Below, one piece after another: positions 19,379 to 28,866 of a stretch of DNA of 64,000 bases. A program made the position numbers and the translations under genes. How positions within the stretch are numbered: the first letter of the stretch is position 1; each line of letters opens with the position of its first letter. This DNA is from an uncultured delta proteobacterium. Its GTDB lineage: Bacteria; Desulfobacterota; Binatia; UBA9968. Where the stretch lies: NCBI GenBank assembly GCA_963737905.1, contig CAVTUQ010000015.1, positions 1-64,000 on the forward strand, given 5' to 3'. The notes below the pieces were generated by a model, which worked only from the letters and a program-made list of their open reading frames with translations, was not told the origin of the DNA and did not search any database.

Positions 19379-19930
19379 CTAGTCTGTCTTGGCTACCGGC
19401 TTATAAACGTCCAGACTTTGGATCTTAGCTTTTTGCTCGCGCTTTCTAAATTGAAAATCAGGGCTGATCTTGTTGTTGACCACCGCCATTACCGATTCGA
19501 GGATCTTGTAATACCCCGTGCAGCGGCAAAGGTTTCCGGACATCCATTCTTTGACCTCTTCCTCGGTGGGTTTGGCGTTCTCGTCGAGGAGCGCTTTGGC
19601 CGCCATGATCTGTCCCGGCGTGCAGATTCCGCACTGAAATCCACCGTACTCGATAAACGCTTGCTGCAACGGATGGAGCTGACCATTCTTTGCGAGCCCC
19701 TCGATGGTTTCGATATTCTTGCCCTGGCAGGCGACGGCAAGGGTCAAACAGGAACTCACGACACGCCCGTCGATAATCACGCTGCAAGCGCCACAAACGC
19801 CGATGCTGCAACCTTCCTTGGTGCCGGTGAGCCCGATGTCATCCCGAAGAACTTGCAGAAGCAACCGATTGGCTTCCAGCTGCAGGTCATGCTCTTCACC
19901 ATTTACAAACAGCCGAATCTGTTTTTTCAT
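19379..19930 (-). CDS. (2Fe-2S) subunit, CoxS-like
   Basis: GTKEGCSIGVCGAC, QCGICTPG, GNLCRCTGY. Confidence 0.92.
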   Translation of the reverse strand: MKKQIRLFVNGEEHDLQLEANRLLLQVLRDDIGLTGTKEGCSIGVCGACSVIIDGRVVSSCLTLAVACQGKNIETIEGLAKNGQLHPLQQAFIEYGGFQCGICTPGQIMAAKALLDENAKPTEEEVKEWMSGNLCRCTGYYKILESVMAVVNNKISPDFQFRKREQKAKIQSLDVYKPVAKTD

Positions 19931-20260
19931 AAGTTCGGAGCATATCTTTTGCGTCCATAAGATTCAACTTATTGAACGTGATCGGGGCAGTCTTTCGGGT
20001 CCGCTCGTCTGATGTATGAAACTTAACGAACATGATGAGGATCTGCCTGCGATCTAAGCAGTACGCCTTAAAATTTGGCATTGAAGATCGTCGTGCGCAT
20101 CGTCTCTGAAAAGCTCAGGGGTGTGAATCCCGACATATTGTGCATGCACCCACGATCCGGCAGCAACGGCGCGGTGGCGTACACTTTGCTTAATCCCTGC
20201 TGAAAACCTGCCAGCTCGGGTGGAACGATGCGCAGAATCTGGAAAAGGGAGACATAAACA

Positions 20261-21328
20261 ATGCTGAAAACAATATTACTGACTGGTGTAACGTTCGTTA
20301 TGTGGGTAGCGCTAACAAGCAATAATCTTTCTCTGGCTCAAACGGGCTCGGAAACCGACCCGCGTTTTGAAAAGCTGGCAAAGGATCTTTATCCTAAAGC
20401 GAAACAAGAAGGCGCCTTGGTCGTATATACCATTTGGGATGTCGAGCATATTCGGTCGATCTTGGCGCTTTTCAATAAGCGATTCCCAGGAATCAACACT
20501 ACCTACTGGCAGGGGACGCGGTCTGAGATTGTCACGCGTACACTGACCGAGTTTCAGGGCGATCAGAAAACGGCTGATGTTATTCTCAGCGAAGGAGTCC
20601 CCGTTGTCTTGCGTGCTGCGGGTGCGATCGAACCCTATGATACCGTGCAGGCGAGCGCTCTCCTGCTGCATGATCCGACGCTGCCGACGGTAAGCCTGCA
20701 GATTATGGCTCTCTCCTACAACACCAAAAAGCTCAAAAGCGAAGATCTGCCGAAAGGCTGGGAGGATGTGGTGAACTCCAAATACAAAGGAGGCGTCGCT
20801 CTGGACGATCCCCTAAGAGCCGGCCCGTTGAGCGGCTTGCTGGCGGGTTTTAAAGAATACTGGAAAGACGATGCGAAGTGGACACGATATATCAAAGGAT
20901 TGAAGGACCTCAATGTAACAGTGCACAAGAGTACCAGTGCCATGTTCCGGCTTCTCATAGCCGGAGAATACACCATCGCGATGCCGTCGTTGTTGCACGA
21001 TGTGATCGAAGAAAAAGAGAAAGGCAGTCCGGTGGACTTCATAAAGAGCGCCCCGCCGGTAATTTCGGCGCAGCAATTGGGAATTTACGGCAAGGCGCCC
21101 CATCTGAACAGCGCCAAGCTTTTCGCCGAATGGATAATTACACCGGAAGGACAGGCTTCGGTGGCCGCTGTGGGAAGGGAGACTTCAAGAAAGGGTGTTA
21201 AGTCCAAGGCTTCGGTGGAATACGCCTGGGGCGACAGAGTCAAACCGATTCCGATCGTGAACAAGTCCTACTCCGAAGATCCCCGAAAATGGCTGAACGC
21301 CAATGTCAAACCGGTTTGGGAGAATTGA
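20261..21328 (+). CDS. ABC transporter extracellular solute-binding protein (Fe3+/polyamine-like)
   Basis: Signal peptide, AKQEGALVVY, YNTK...LPKGWED, APHLNSAKLFAEW. Confidence 0.85.
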   Translation: MLKTILLTGVTFVMWVALTSNNLSLAQTGSETDPRFEKLAKDLYPKAKQEGALVVYTIWDVEHIRSILALFNKRFPGINTTYWQGTRSEIVTRTLTEFQGDQKTADVILSEGVPVVLRAAGAIEPYDTVQASALLLHDPTLPTVSLQIMALSYNTKKLKSEDLPKGWEDVVNSKYKGGVALDDPLRAGPLSGLLAGFKEYWKDDAKWTRYIKGLKDLNVTVHKSTSAMFRLLIAGEYTIAMPSLLHDVIEEKEKGSPVDFIKSAPPVISAQQLGIYGKAPHLNSAKLFAEWIITPEGQASVAAVGRETSRKGVKSKASVEYAWGDRVKPIPIVNKSYSEDPRKWLNANVKPVWEN

Positions 21329-21551
21329 CAGCCTTCCTCCGCAATCTAAAAGACTTTCCCTTCCAAGTTTAGGTTTTGCCGAGGAGTGGTCCCTCGGTTC
21401 ACCCGAGCACGCTTTGTTAACACGTTATCGGAACGACTCCGCTGCAATTCGGCGTCGAGGAGCGAAATCAAACGGTAACCATTAATTTCGCTTGGCGTCG
21501 GGCTGTGATACGCTCTTAAAACGTAGAATAAGAATTCGCGACAGAGGAGAA

Positions 21552-22850
21552 ATGCGCATGGTCAGTGAGAAAGACAAGAAGATTGTTATCGATCGCATTC
21601 AGCGCGACGAGCTGGCTGAACTGACGAAAGCGCTGGTCGATATTCCAAGCCCCACCGGCTCCGAGAAAGTCATCGGCGAATTCATCCTGGATTGGTATTC
21701 GGGACATGGCATTAAGGCCGTGCGCCAGGAAATCGACTCCAATCGCGTCAATGCCGTCGGAATCGTCAAAGGCCGCGGTGACGGGGTGGCGCTCATGATC
21801 AACGGTCATATGGATACGAGTTATACTGGAACCGAAGAGGATAGAATGTTTTGCCGTGAACTCGAACCGGACAGTGAGCTTAAGGGAGCGATCAGGGATG
21901 GGAAAGTATTCGGTTTAGGGGCATCCAACATGAAGTCAGGACTCGCCGCTTTCATGGTCGCGGGAAAGGCCATACGCGAAAGCGGCCTTGCCCTTAAGGG
22001 AGACCTGATCCTTGCTGCGGTGGCCGGCGAAATCTCCCGGACTCCAGTGGGTCCTTATCAGTCCGGAGCGTACCGTGGCGAAGGAACGGGGACGCATCAT
22101 CTCTTGTCCCACGGCATTCAATCCGACTGCGCCATCGTGGCCGATCGGTCGGCTCATTCGATAGTTTGGGCACAGACGGGGGTGGCACAGATCAAGGTTA
22201 CTACTTTCGGCGATCCCCATGCTGCCTGGGGGGTTACTCGAGAAGAAAAGCCGCCAGAGGTTTCCAGCGCGATTTTGAAAATGATGAAAGTCGTGGAAGC
22301 CATCGACGCCTGGGCCGCAAAATTCGAACGGGCCCACATCTACGCTTCGGCCCATGGCCCCATCGTCCCTAAGGTCAATATCGGCGCAATTCAGGGAGGC
22401 GCTCCATTCCGACCGAATTACTATCCGGGGCTTTGCTCTGTCTATATCGATGTGCGAACTCCACCAGCGTTGCGACCGTTGCAGGTTCAGCGTGAATTGC
22501 AATGCGCCCTATCAGAACTCGGCTTTGAATATGAACTTGAAATGTACGCCTCCAAGATGGGGTACGAGGCCCAAGATATCCAGCCTGTGGTACAGGTCCT
22601 CGAGGAGAGCTATCAGTCGTTGTTCGGCAAGAAGACCCCTGTTCCCACGGGGCTTCATGCCAGTATCTGGACGGACACCAATATCTATAACGAAATGGGA
22701 ATACGAGCGTGCAAGTTCGGCCTTGGCGGCGGGCGGTGGAAGTTTCGCTCCGAACAAATCGACGTCGAAGATATCTTTCGCGGCGCCCAGGTTTATGCGC
22801 TGGCAGCGTTGGAGATCTGTAACTGGGAAAATTACCGGAGTAAACTTTGA
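21552..22850 (+). CDS. M20-family metallo-hydrolase (ArgE/DapE-like)
   Basis: INGHMDT, GLGASNMKSG, VAGEI; RBS GAGGAG. Confidence 0.85.
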   Translation: MRMVSEKDKKIVIDRIQRDELAELTKALVDIPSPTGSEKVIGEFILDWYSGHGIKAVRQEIDSNRVNAVGIVKGRGDGVALMINGHMDTSYTGTEEDRMFCRELEPDSELKGAIRDGKVFGLGASNMKSGLAAFMVAGKAIRESGLALKGDLILAAVAGEISRTPVGPYQSGAYRGEGTGTHHLLSHGIQSDCAIVADRSAHSIVWAQTGVAQIKVTTFGDPHAAWGVTREEKPPEVSSAILKMMKVVEAIDAWAAKFERAHIYASAHGPIVPKVNIGAIQGGAPFRPNYYPGLCSVYIDVRTPPALRPLQVQRELQCALSELGFEYELEMYASKMGYEAQDIQPVVQVLEESYQSLFGKKTPVPTGLHASIWTDTNIYNEMGIRACKFGLGGGRWKFRSEQIDVEDIFRGAQVYALAALEICNWENYRSKL

Positions 22851-22912
22851 CGCGCCAATATTCCGCAGCGGGTCGCAAGCTTCACCGACAGCGGACCGGA
22901 AGGAACCCAAAA

Positions 22913-24568
22913 TCATTCGGAGCGGCCGGAGTGCGACTTGCCCCATTTGGCGCGCATGGTTTTCATGGTCTCGCCTTCGCCCACCTGGACGCGAGTCTGG
23001 CGGAGTTTTTCCCAGACCTTTTCGTGTTCGCTTTGCGCTGCTAACTCGGCTTCTTGAGCGAGATCTTCCGGCCAGAGTCCCATGAGGTACCCATGCCACG
23101 GCTCCTGAGGCTCGAGTTTGGGAAAGCCGAGTTCTTCCCAAATTTCCCGGGCGCGGACCATATATTCTTTTTTAGGCAACGAAAGAGGAGGGAAGTCGGC
23201 CTTCCGCGTTGCGTCGATCAAAAGCGATGACTCGCAGTTGTCATATCGGCTCGATGGATGGGTTGCCACCATACCGATGGGGGTCGCGCCAAAAGGCCGA
23301 TCGCCGACCACTTTGATATCTTTGTGCGGTTGCGAGCGGTGGGTAATCGCCCAAGTCACGGCGATGGGGTCGCGGGGATTGATGTCTTCATCTACCGCGA
23401 CAATCAGTTTGCCCACGCGATCGCCATAATCAAGAACACCCTGCATGACGTCCCATGGTTCTTGATCGTTGCGCTTCTTCAAACTGACAACGACGTAGGG
23501 CCGAAGATTGACCAGCGGTTCCATCAAATAGACCTCGCGCACGGAATCCAACCCGCGCTTGACGAGAAACCGTTTAACCAAGGTGGCCATGCCCATCGCT
23601 TTGATTTTGGAGCTTTCACTGGGCGTAACCTGGCTGATAATGGAAACCCAGATGGGATTTTTTCTGTGCGTGACGCAGGTTAATTCGAAAACAGTGCTCA
23701 AAGTGCGAGGATCGACATAGCCCATAGACTCGCCGAAGGGGCCTTCCTCTTCCATGTAGTTGGTCGGGATGACTCCTTCTAAGACAATCTCAGCGGTCGC
23801 GGGCACTTCGAGATCAATGGTCTGACATTTGACGAGTTTCACTGGTTCGCCCATCAGGCCACCCGCAAGAGCCAACTCGTCCACTTCCGGCGGAACTTTC
23901 TGCGTGGCGGCATAGGAAACGGCGGGAACGGTGCCCACGACGACCGCAACCTCCAACGGAATGCCTCTCTTGCGGCACTTCTCCCAGTGTGTCGAAAGGT
24001 CCTGCGGTGTGCCGGACATAAGGCCGCTGAGCGCGGGTCCCTTGATCAAACCGCGATAATTGCCGACATTTCTCTTGCCGGTTTCAGGGTCTTTAGTGAT
24101 CCAGTGGCCAGCGGTTATGTAGGGGCCATTGTCAAAGCCAGGCGTCGAAATGGGTATGGCAAACTCGTTGAGACCCCCTTGGGCGAGCAACTCATTGCCT
24201 TTATGGATTTCCTCTTGGCATGGGCCGTCGTTCACAATGATGGGCGCGATAGGGTGATCCATCGCGTAGAGCCAGCAATCGGCCACTTCGTCGGGTTGGC
24301 ATTTTAGGCCGAGACAATAAATCGCCTCTGAGCCGGCCAATCCGCCGACGAGCACTGAGCAATTATATTTGCGTTTCTTGGTGTCGGTGACGTTGTCGAA
24401 GAGAAATCCCCTGCGGGCCTCTTCCGGCAATCCTCTGAATTGCCAGCGAACCAGCGGCTGCAATTCAGTATCTTTGTTGATCACTCTATGGACGCGGTAG
24501 AGTTTACCGTGCTCCTCGAGAGCCGCAATAAACTCTCGTAAGTCGTTATAAGGTTTAGCGAATTTCAT
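22913..24568 (-). CDS. UbiD-family prFMN-dependent (de)carboxylase
   Basis: YNDLREFI, NVGNYR, EEGPFGESMGY, IDATRK. Confidence 0.9.
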   Translation of the reverse strand: MKFAKPYNDLREFIAALEEHGKLYRVHRVINKDTELQPLVRWQFRGLPEEARRGFLFDNVTDTKKRKYNCSVLVGGLAGSEAIYCLGLKCQPDEVADCWLYAMDHPIAPIIVNDGPCQEEIHKGNELLAQGGLNEFAIPISTPGFDNGPYITAGHWITKDPETGKRNVGNYRGLIKGPALSGLMSGTPQDLSTHWEKCRKRGIPLEVAVVVGTVPAVSYAATQKVPPEVDELALAGGLMGEPVKLVKCQTIDLEVPATAEIVLEGVIPTNYMEEEGPFGESMGYVDPRTLSTVFELTCVTHRKNPIWVSIISQVTPSESSKIKAMGMATLVKRFLVKRGLDSVREVYLMEPLVNLRPYVVVSLKKRNDQEPWDVMQGVLDYGDRVGKLIVAVDEDINPRDPIAVTWAITHRSQPHKDIKVVGDRPFGATPIGMVATHPSSRYDNCESSLLIDATRKADFPPLSLPKKEYMVRAREIWEELGFPKLEPQEPWHGYLMGLWPEDLAQEAELAAQSEHEKVWEKLRQTRVQVGEGETMKTMRAKWGKSHSGRSE

Positions 24569-24667
24569 AGGGTTTTGTGTATGCCGTTTTGCCTTTTTTG
24601 GCAAGCGGTGAACCAAAATTAGCTTGCAAAACACCGAGTGATCCCTAAAATTGAAAAGTAAGAAAAC

Positions 24668-24811
24668 ATGTGGCTCAAGATCTTCAACACGCGTAGTGGT
24701 GAAAAAAAGAACTTCTTTCCGCTAATGGTAGCCGAACCGGGGATAAATGCCTCAGGTGCTACGGTGTACGGCTCGTCCCCCATAGCGCAAGGAGACGAAA
24801 AAGAATTTTAA
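24668..24811 (+). pseudogene. cysS: Degenerate N-terminal fragment of cysteinyl-tRNA synthetase (47 aa)
   Basis: MWLKIFNTRSGEKKNFFPLMVAEPGINASGATVYGSSPI resembles the CysRS start MLKIFNTL..K..F.P.....GMYVCG.TVY...HIGH. Confidence 0.55.
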
Positions 24812-24836
24812 TCGAGGACCGTCCCGGAGGAACCGA

Positions 24837-26660
24837 ATGAAGGGTAAAAAGAAAATCTTGGGGTTCGTCAGGATCGCTCCAATAATAGTATTACTTTTGT
24901 CCCTGGTGGTCGTGATGAAAATTCGTGCGCAAGAGTCTTCCCCCGGCCATAGTCAGAGTGAGACGGGTGAATTGACGCTCAAAAAAACAGCCCAGTCCCG
25001 GGAGTATCAGGGGCGCGATGTGGAAGGCGAGGAGAAGCGGGTCGCGCCTGGCGATACACTTTGGCGTATGCTCGTGAAAGAAAAAGGACTGCCGGAAAAG
25101 CGCTTTAGCCAATATTTGGTAATCATCCGCGGACTTAATCCGCAAATTAAGAAAATCGATGTGCTCAGAGTCGGTGACACCGTCTTTGTTCCTCTGCGAC
25201 CCGATGATTTACTTGGGGCGCTGCCTGTGTCAGCTAAAGCAGAGGTCGAGGGATCGCCCAGAGGGGCGATTAAGGAATACCACGTAAAACAAGGCGAACA
25301 TCTTTATCAGATTTTAAGGGAGCAGTTGGGTATTTCGAATGATCGTGAGGTCGCATTGTATTACGCGCTAGTAAAAGATTTAAATCCGGAGAGAAAGAAC
25401 TGGGATGCATTACTGGGAGGTGATGTTATCCGGCTGCCTTTCTCTGGCAAATCCACCGACCTCACGATAGCTCAACCCAAAGGCCCTGCAGTAAGCGAGT
25501 TAAAACCCGAGACCCGGCTAATCAAAGAAATTAATCCACTGTCGGGCGGAGGACAAATCAAACAGGATAAATCCCCGATACCAACCGTTTTGAGCCTGGA
25601 TTATGCAAAGCAATTGCCCGCTAAGGAGAACCTCACGCTACTGGGACAGGTGGTCGAAATTTTGGGGAATGAGATTAGACGGAACGGTCAGGAGACGTTG
25701 ACTCTTAAGGAAGGAACTGTGCGAGTGGATAGAACATCTTATCCAGTTGTGTACAACCCCAAGCTTAACCAAAGGATCATTCTAGACCCGGATGAGAAGA
25801 TTCCCGCCTCCCTAAAATCAAAACTCACCGATCCGAGTGTTCACGCGTCGGTTTTCCCGGTCACTGGAACCGCGTCTCTCCAGGAGTCCGTCAGCCAACT
25901 ACTTTCTCGTCTAGGGTATCAATCTTTGCCCACAGATCGCCCCGTGGTTATCCAAGAGGGCGGAGTTTCTATCGAGGCCAAGGGTAACTGGATGGCGTTG
26001 GCCCCCGAAGAGAACCACAAGGCTCAAGAGATTTTTGTGATTGCCCTCACCGATAATCCGCAAGATATTCCTGACTATTTGCGAACGGAGCTGTCGACGA
26101 GGGGATTACACTTCAAAGACATTCTGCTGGCGGCTTCCTCCAGCAGCTCCGCTGCCTCCGTTGAGTCGAATGAGTTCACTCCGGGGGTAAAAAACTGGCC
26201 GCGGGAAAAGAGAGAATTTGTCGATGCGATGTTGTTGGCCCTGAGCGTGCCCTTCGGTGTTTCGGAAATGATTTCCCTTGAGTTGGGACAAGGGCTTCGA
26301 GTCGACGTACGTTGCGACAGAATCTTTGAGAGAAATGGCAAGCGTACAGGATTGTTCTTTCAGCCTCTGGAACCCGAAATAAAGAAGAAACTCCAGGAAA
26401 AAGAGAAAATTAAAGTCATCGAGCTGGATCTGCCTGTCTTGGAACACAAGGAAATCATGGCGCGTCTGTTGAGCGAACTGGGAGAGCCGGCGTCCTATCG
26501 GGAACATCGGTTTTCCGCGAGCGCGAGCAAGGATAGGCTAAATATTGCAGCGTGGGGTTTCTTGCTGGCCAAACGAGGATTGTTCGTTACGGACCGCGAG
26601 ATCCCGCAATCACTTCACCGCTTCTTCTTCGAAAAGGGGTTGGAGATAGTTTATTTTTAG
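24837..26660 (+). CDS. Secreted LysM-domain protein
   Basis: Signal anchor; two LysM-like repeats (VAPGDTLW..LNP..LRVGD; VKQGEHLY..LNP..GDVIRLP). Confidence 0.8.
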   Translation: MKGKKKILGFVRIAPIIVLLLSLVVVMKIRAQESSPGHSQSETGELTLKKTAQSREYQGRDVEGEEKRVAPGDTLWRMLVKEKGLPEKRFSQYLVIIRGLNPQIKKIDVLRVGDTVFVPLRPDDLLGALPVSAKAEVEGSPRGAIKEYHVKQGEHLYQILREQLGISNDREVALYYALVKDLNPERKNWDALLGGDVIRLPFSGKSTDLTIAQPKGPAVSELKPETRLIKEINPLSGGGQIKQDKSPIPTVLSLDYAKQLPAKENLTLLGQVVEILGNEIRRNGQETLTLKEGTVRVDRTSYPVVYNPKLNQRIILDPDEKIPASLKSKLTDPSVHASVFPVTGTASLQESVSQLLSRLGYQSLPTDRPVVIQEGGVSIEAKGNWMALAPEENHKAQEIFVIALTDNPQDIPDYLRTELSTRGLHFKDILLAASSSSSAASVESNEFTPGVKNWPREKREFVDAMLLALSVPFGVSEMISLELGQGLRVDVRCDRIFERNGKRTGLFFQPLEPEIKKKLQEKEKIKVIELDLPVLEHKEIMARLLSELGEPASYREHRFSASASKDRLNIAAWGFLLAKRGLFVTDREIPQSLHRFFFEKGLEIVYF

Positions 26661-26688
26661 GAGCTCGGATTGTAGACTGCTGCAAAGA

Positions 26689-26765
26689 GCGCCCGTAGCT
26701 CAACTGGACAGAGCATCAGACTTCGGATCTGAGGGTTGGGGGTTCAAATCCCTCCGGGCGCGCCA
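26689..26765 (+). tRNA. tRNA-Arg (anticodon TCG)
   Basis: 77 nt; GCGCCCG acceptor stem, TCAGA-CTTCGGA-TCTGA anticodon arm, GGTTCAAATCC T-arm, CCA end. Confidence 0.95.
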
Positions 26766-26799
26766 TTTTTCAATTACTTAGCGGATGGCGGCTGGGGTC

Positions 26800-26821
26800 A
26801 TGTGTCCAAAATGTGTCCAAA
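26800..26821 (+). repeat. Tandem 11-bp repeat ATGTGTCCAAA x2 (possible integrase arm sites)
   Basis: Perfect tandem 35 bp inside attL. Confidence 0.55.
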
Positions 26822-26868
26822 AAAGCCTGGCACCGCACTAGAAATATGAAAAACGAATCGGAGGAAAT

Positions 26869-27366
26869 ATGGACATTACGTCTATCAGCGCCGCAATCGC
26901 CTCCGGGAAGGCTCTCAAAGATATCATTCAAGGTCTGATTGGGCTGAAAGTCGACACCGAAGTCCTATACCGAATCAACGAAGCCCAAACTCAAGTTAGC
27001 AATCTGCTCAGTGCACTCCTTGAAACGCAGGGAAATCTCTTCACGCTTCTGAACGAAACCCAGGATCTCCGCCGGCACATTCAGATTCAGGAAGCTTGGG
27101 ATAAGAGAAAGGCATGTTATCGGCTCACAGAGACAGATGGTGGTGCTGTGGTATACGTGTCTGTAGCTTACGACCATGAGAATGAACCGGAGCACTACGC
27201 GTGTCCGAGGTGCATGGAGAAATGCGCAATTCAAATCCTTCAAGTCATGGGAGATAAAAATTCCGGCTTATTTGAGTGCCCCGACTGTAGGAAAACATAC
27301 GCGATAAGAATGAGAAAGGAAGATCCGCAGTCAGGGCATTTAAAGGATTATGATCCGTTAAGATAA
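26869..27366 (+). CDS. Hypothetical protein, coiled coil plus C-terminal zinc ribbon
   Basis: RBS GGAGG; ACPRC...ECPDC. Confidence 0.75.
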   Translation: MDITSISAAIASGKALKDIIQGLIGLKVDTEVLYRINEAQTQVSNLLSALLETQGNLFTLLNETQDLRRHIQIQEAWDKRKACYRLTETDGGAVVYVSVAYDHENEPEHYACPRCMEKCAIQILQVMGDKNSGLFECPDCRKTYAIRMRKEDPQSGHLKDYDPLR

Positions 27367-27500
27367 ATCCTCGTCCGCTCCCTACCTGACCTAGCCAAAA
27401 CTCCCCTGGGTCTTGATTCCAAATCAAGATTCAACTCGGCGCCAACTGAAACGCATATGGATCGTCCCACAGCGGCACCACCGTCAACGCGCCGTGGACA

Positions 27501-27632
27501 TCATCGTGGCCAAACAGTAGCCGCCAAGGCCAACAGCGCGCACGTATCGCAAACTATTTGATCGAGAATGTTGCTTGAGACTCTGGCAACCAAGACGCGG
27601 ACTTTACCGTAATGCTGGCAGGTTGCGACCAT
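27501..27632 (-). CDS. Possible small hypothetical protein (43 aa)
   Basis: RBS GAGGTG; MVATCQHY...VCDTC; follows the HTH gene on the same strand. Confidence 0.3.
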   Translation of the reverse strand: MVATCQHYGKVRVLVARVSSNILDQIVCDTCALLALAATVWPR

Positions 27633-27691
27633 GGGGCACCTCTTTAATTTCAGGAGATGCCCTAAAGACTATCTTGTTTGCAGGGATGCTA

Positions 27692-27928
27692 TCAAACGCT
27701 ACTCATGTTTTTTCCAGCTGCTTGATGCTGCTCACTCAGCCGAAAAGCCTTCAGGTCTGACTCATCGATCACCCAGCCTTTGATCTTGGTCCTGACGATT
27801 CGCTCAACCTCGAACATGCCATGCTTGGCTTTGAGTCGCCTCTGGCGAATAGCGGCATGGACACCGGCGCGAGTCATGCCAAGCTCTTTGGCGGCCTCGG
27901 CGATGGAATAGCGCTTGTTTGACACCAT
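27692..27928 (-). CDS. Small helix-turn-helix DNA-binding protein (excisionase-like)
   Basis: YSIAEAAKELGMTRAGVHAAIRQRRLKA. Confidence 0.7.
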   Translation of the reverse strand: MVSNKRYSIAEAAKELGMTRAGVHAAIRQRRLKAKHGMFEVERIVRTKIKGWVIDESDLKAFRLSEQHQAAGKNMSSV

Positions 27929-27990
27929 GGCGTCTTATATACCACAGCTAAACCGGGTTTGCTCCTAAAAGTTAAGGAGGTATGGGTTAA

Positions 27991-28836
27991 ATGAGCTGGT
28001 TGACTGAATGGAAAGCTATTTCGGCTCAGATCCAAGGCCTTTTGGAGGCTGGCAGTTTCTATGCTGCGTCTGCCCCCGCCGCCTACGAGCGAAGAGATCA
28101 ATTTGCTGTGGCAAATCGACAGCTGATCCCTCACATCAAACAAATATGTGCAATCCTTTCAGATTTTAAAGACAACTACAAAGATTCCATTCCTCCAGAT
28201 GCAGCGAAGTCACTTGCGGACCTGTTGAATAAATACCCGGACTGGCCAGTTGGTGACGATTTCGGATACGTACATATCGGGGTGAGTTTCCTGGTCTCTT
28301 TCCGCGCACAGTTTGATTATTACATATCGGATACTAGTGTAGTCGCAAAGCGTTTATCAGAGCGAGCGTTTATTCATTTGCAGAGAAGCATCGTCGTCGA
28401 CAGCGAATTCCGTCGAAAATGGAATGAAGCATTCGACATAGACGAGCCCGCATGTGAAAAACTTGGGGCCGCTCATCTTTTGCTCCATGGAATATGGGCC
28501 TTTAAAATAAACACGGCAGGCGAGCGCACCGACCTCATCTTCAATGAGCGTATCAACGAGTCTTCTTCTATTGAAGGAGCTGCAGAGGCTTTGGTGCTCA
28601 CGGAGTGGAAGCGCGTTCTTTCTCCAAGTAAAACTGAAGCAATGGCTGCAGACGCCATAAAACAGGCGGCAAGATATACAGTCGGCGCGTTGGGCGGCGT
28701 TGTGCTGGCAGGCTACCGATTCATAGTATTAGTTTCTAAAGAGACTTTGACGTTGCCTGAGGATTATTCAGAGAACGGTGTAAAATACCGCCACATAAAT
28801 ATCGTTGTTGATCCAAAATCACCCTCAAAAAGTTAA
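27991..28836 (+). CDS. Hypothetical protein with PD-(D/E)xK-like C-terminal region
   Basis: AAGGAGG upstream; ERTDLIF...ALVLTEWK...QAARY. Confidence 0.7.
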   Translation: MSWLTEWKAISAQIQGLLEAGSFYAASAPAAYERRDQFAVANRQLIPHIKQICAILSDFKDNYKDSIPPDAAKSLADLLNKYPDWPVGDDFGYVHIGVSFLVSFRAQFDYYISDTSVVAKRLSERAFIHLQRSIVVDSEFRRKWNEAFDIDEPACEKLGAAHLLLHGIWAFKINTAGERTDLIFNERINESSSIEGAAEALVLTEWKRVLSPSKTEAMAADAIKQAARYTVGALGGVVLAGYRFIVLVSKETLTLPEDYSENGVKYRHINIVVDPKSPSKS

Positions 28837-28866
28837 GCCCGCTTTTTATCAAGGGTTTTGTTTTAT

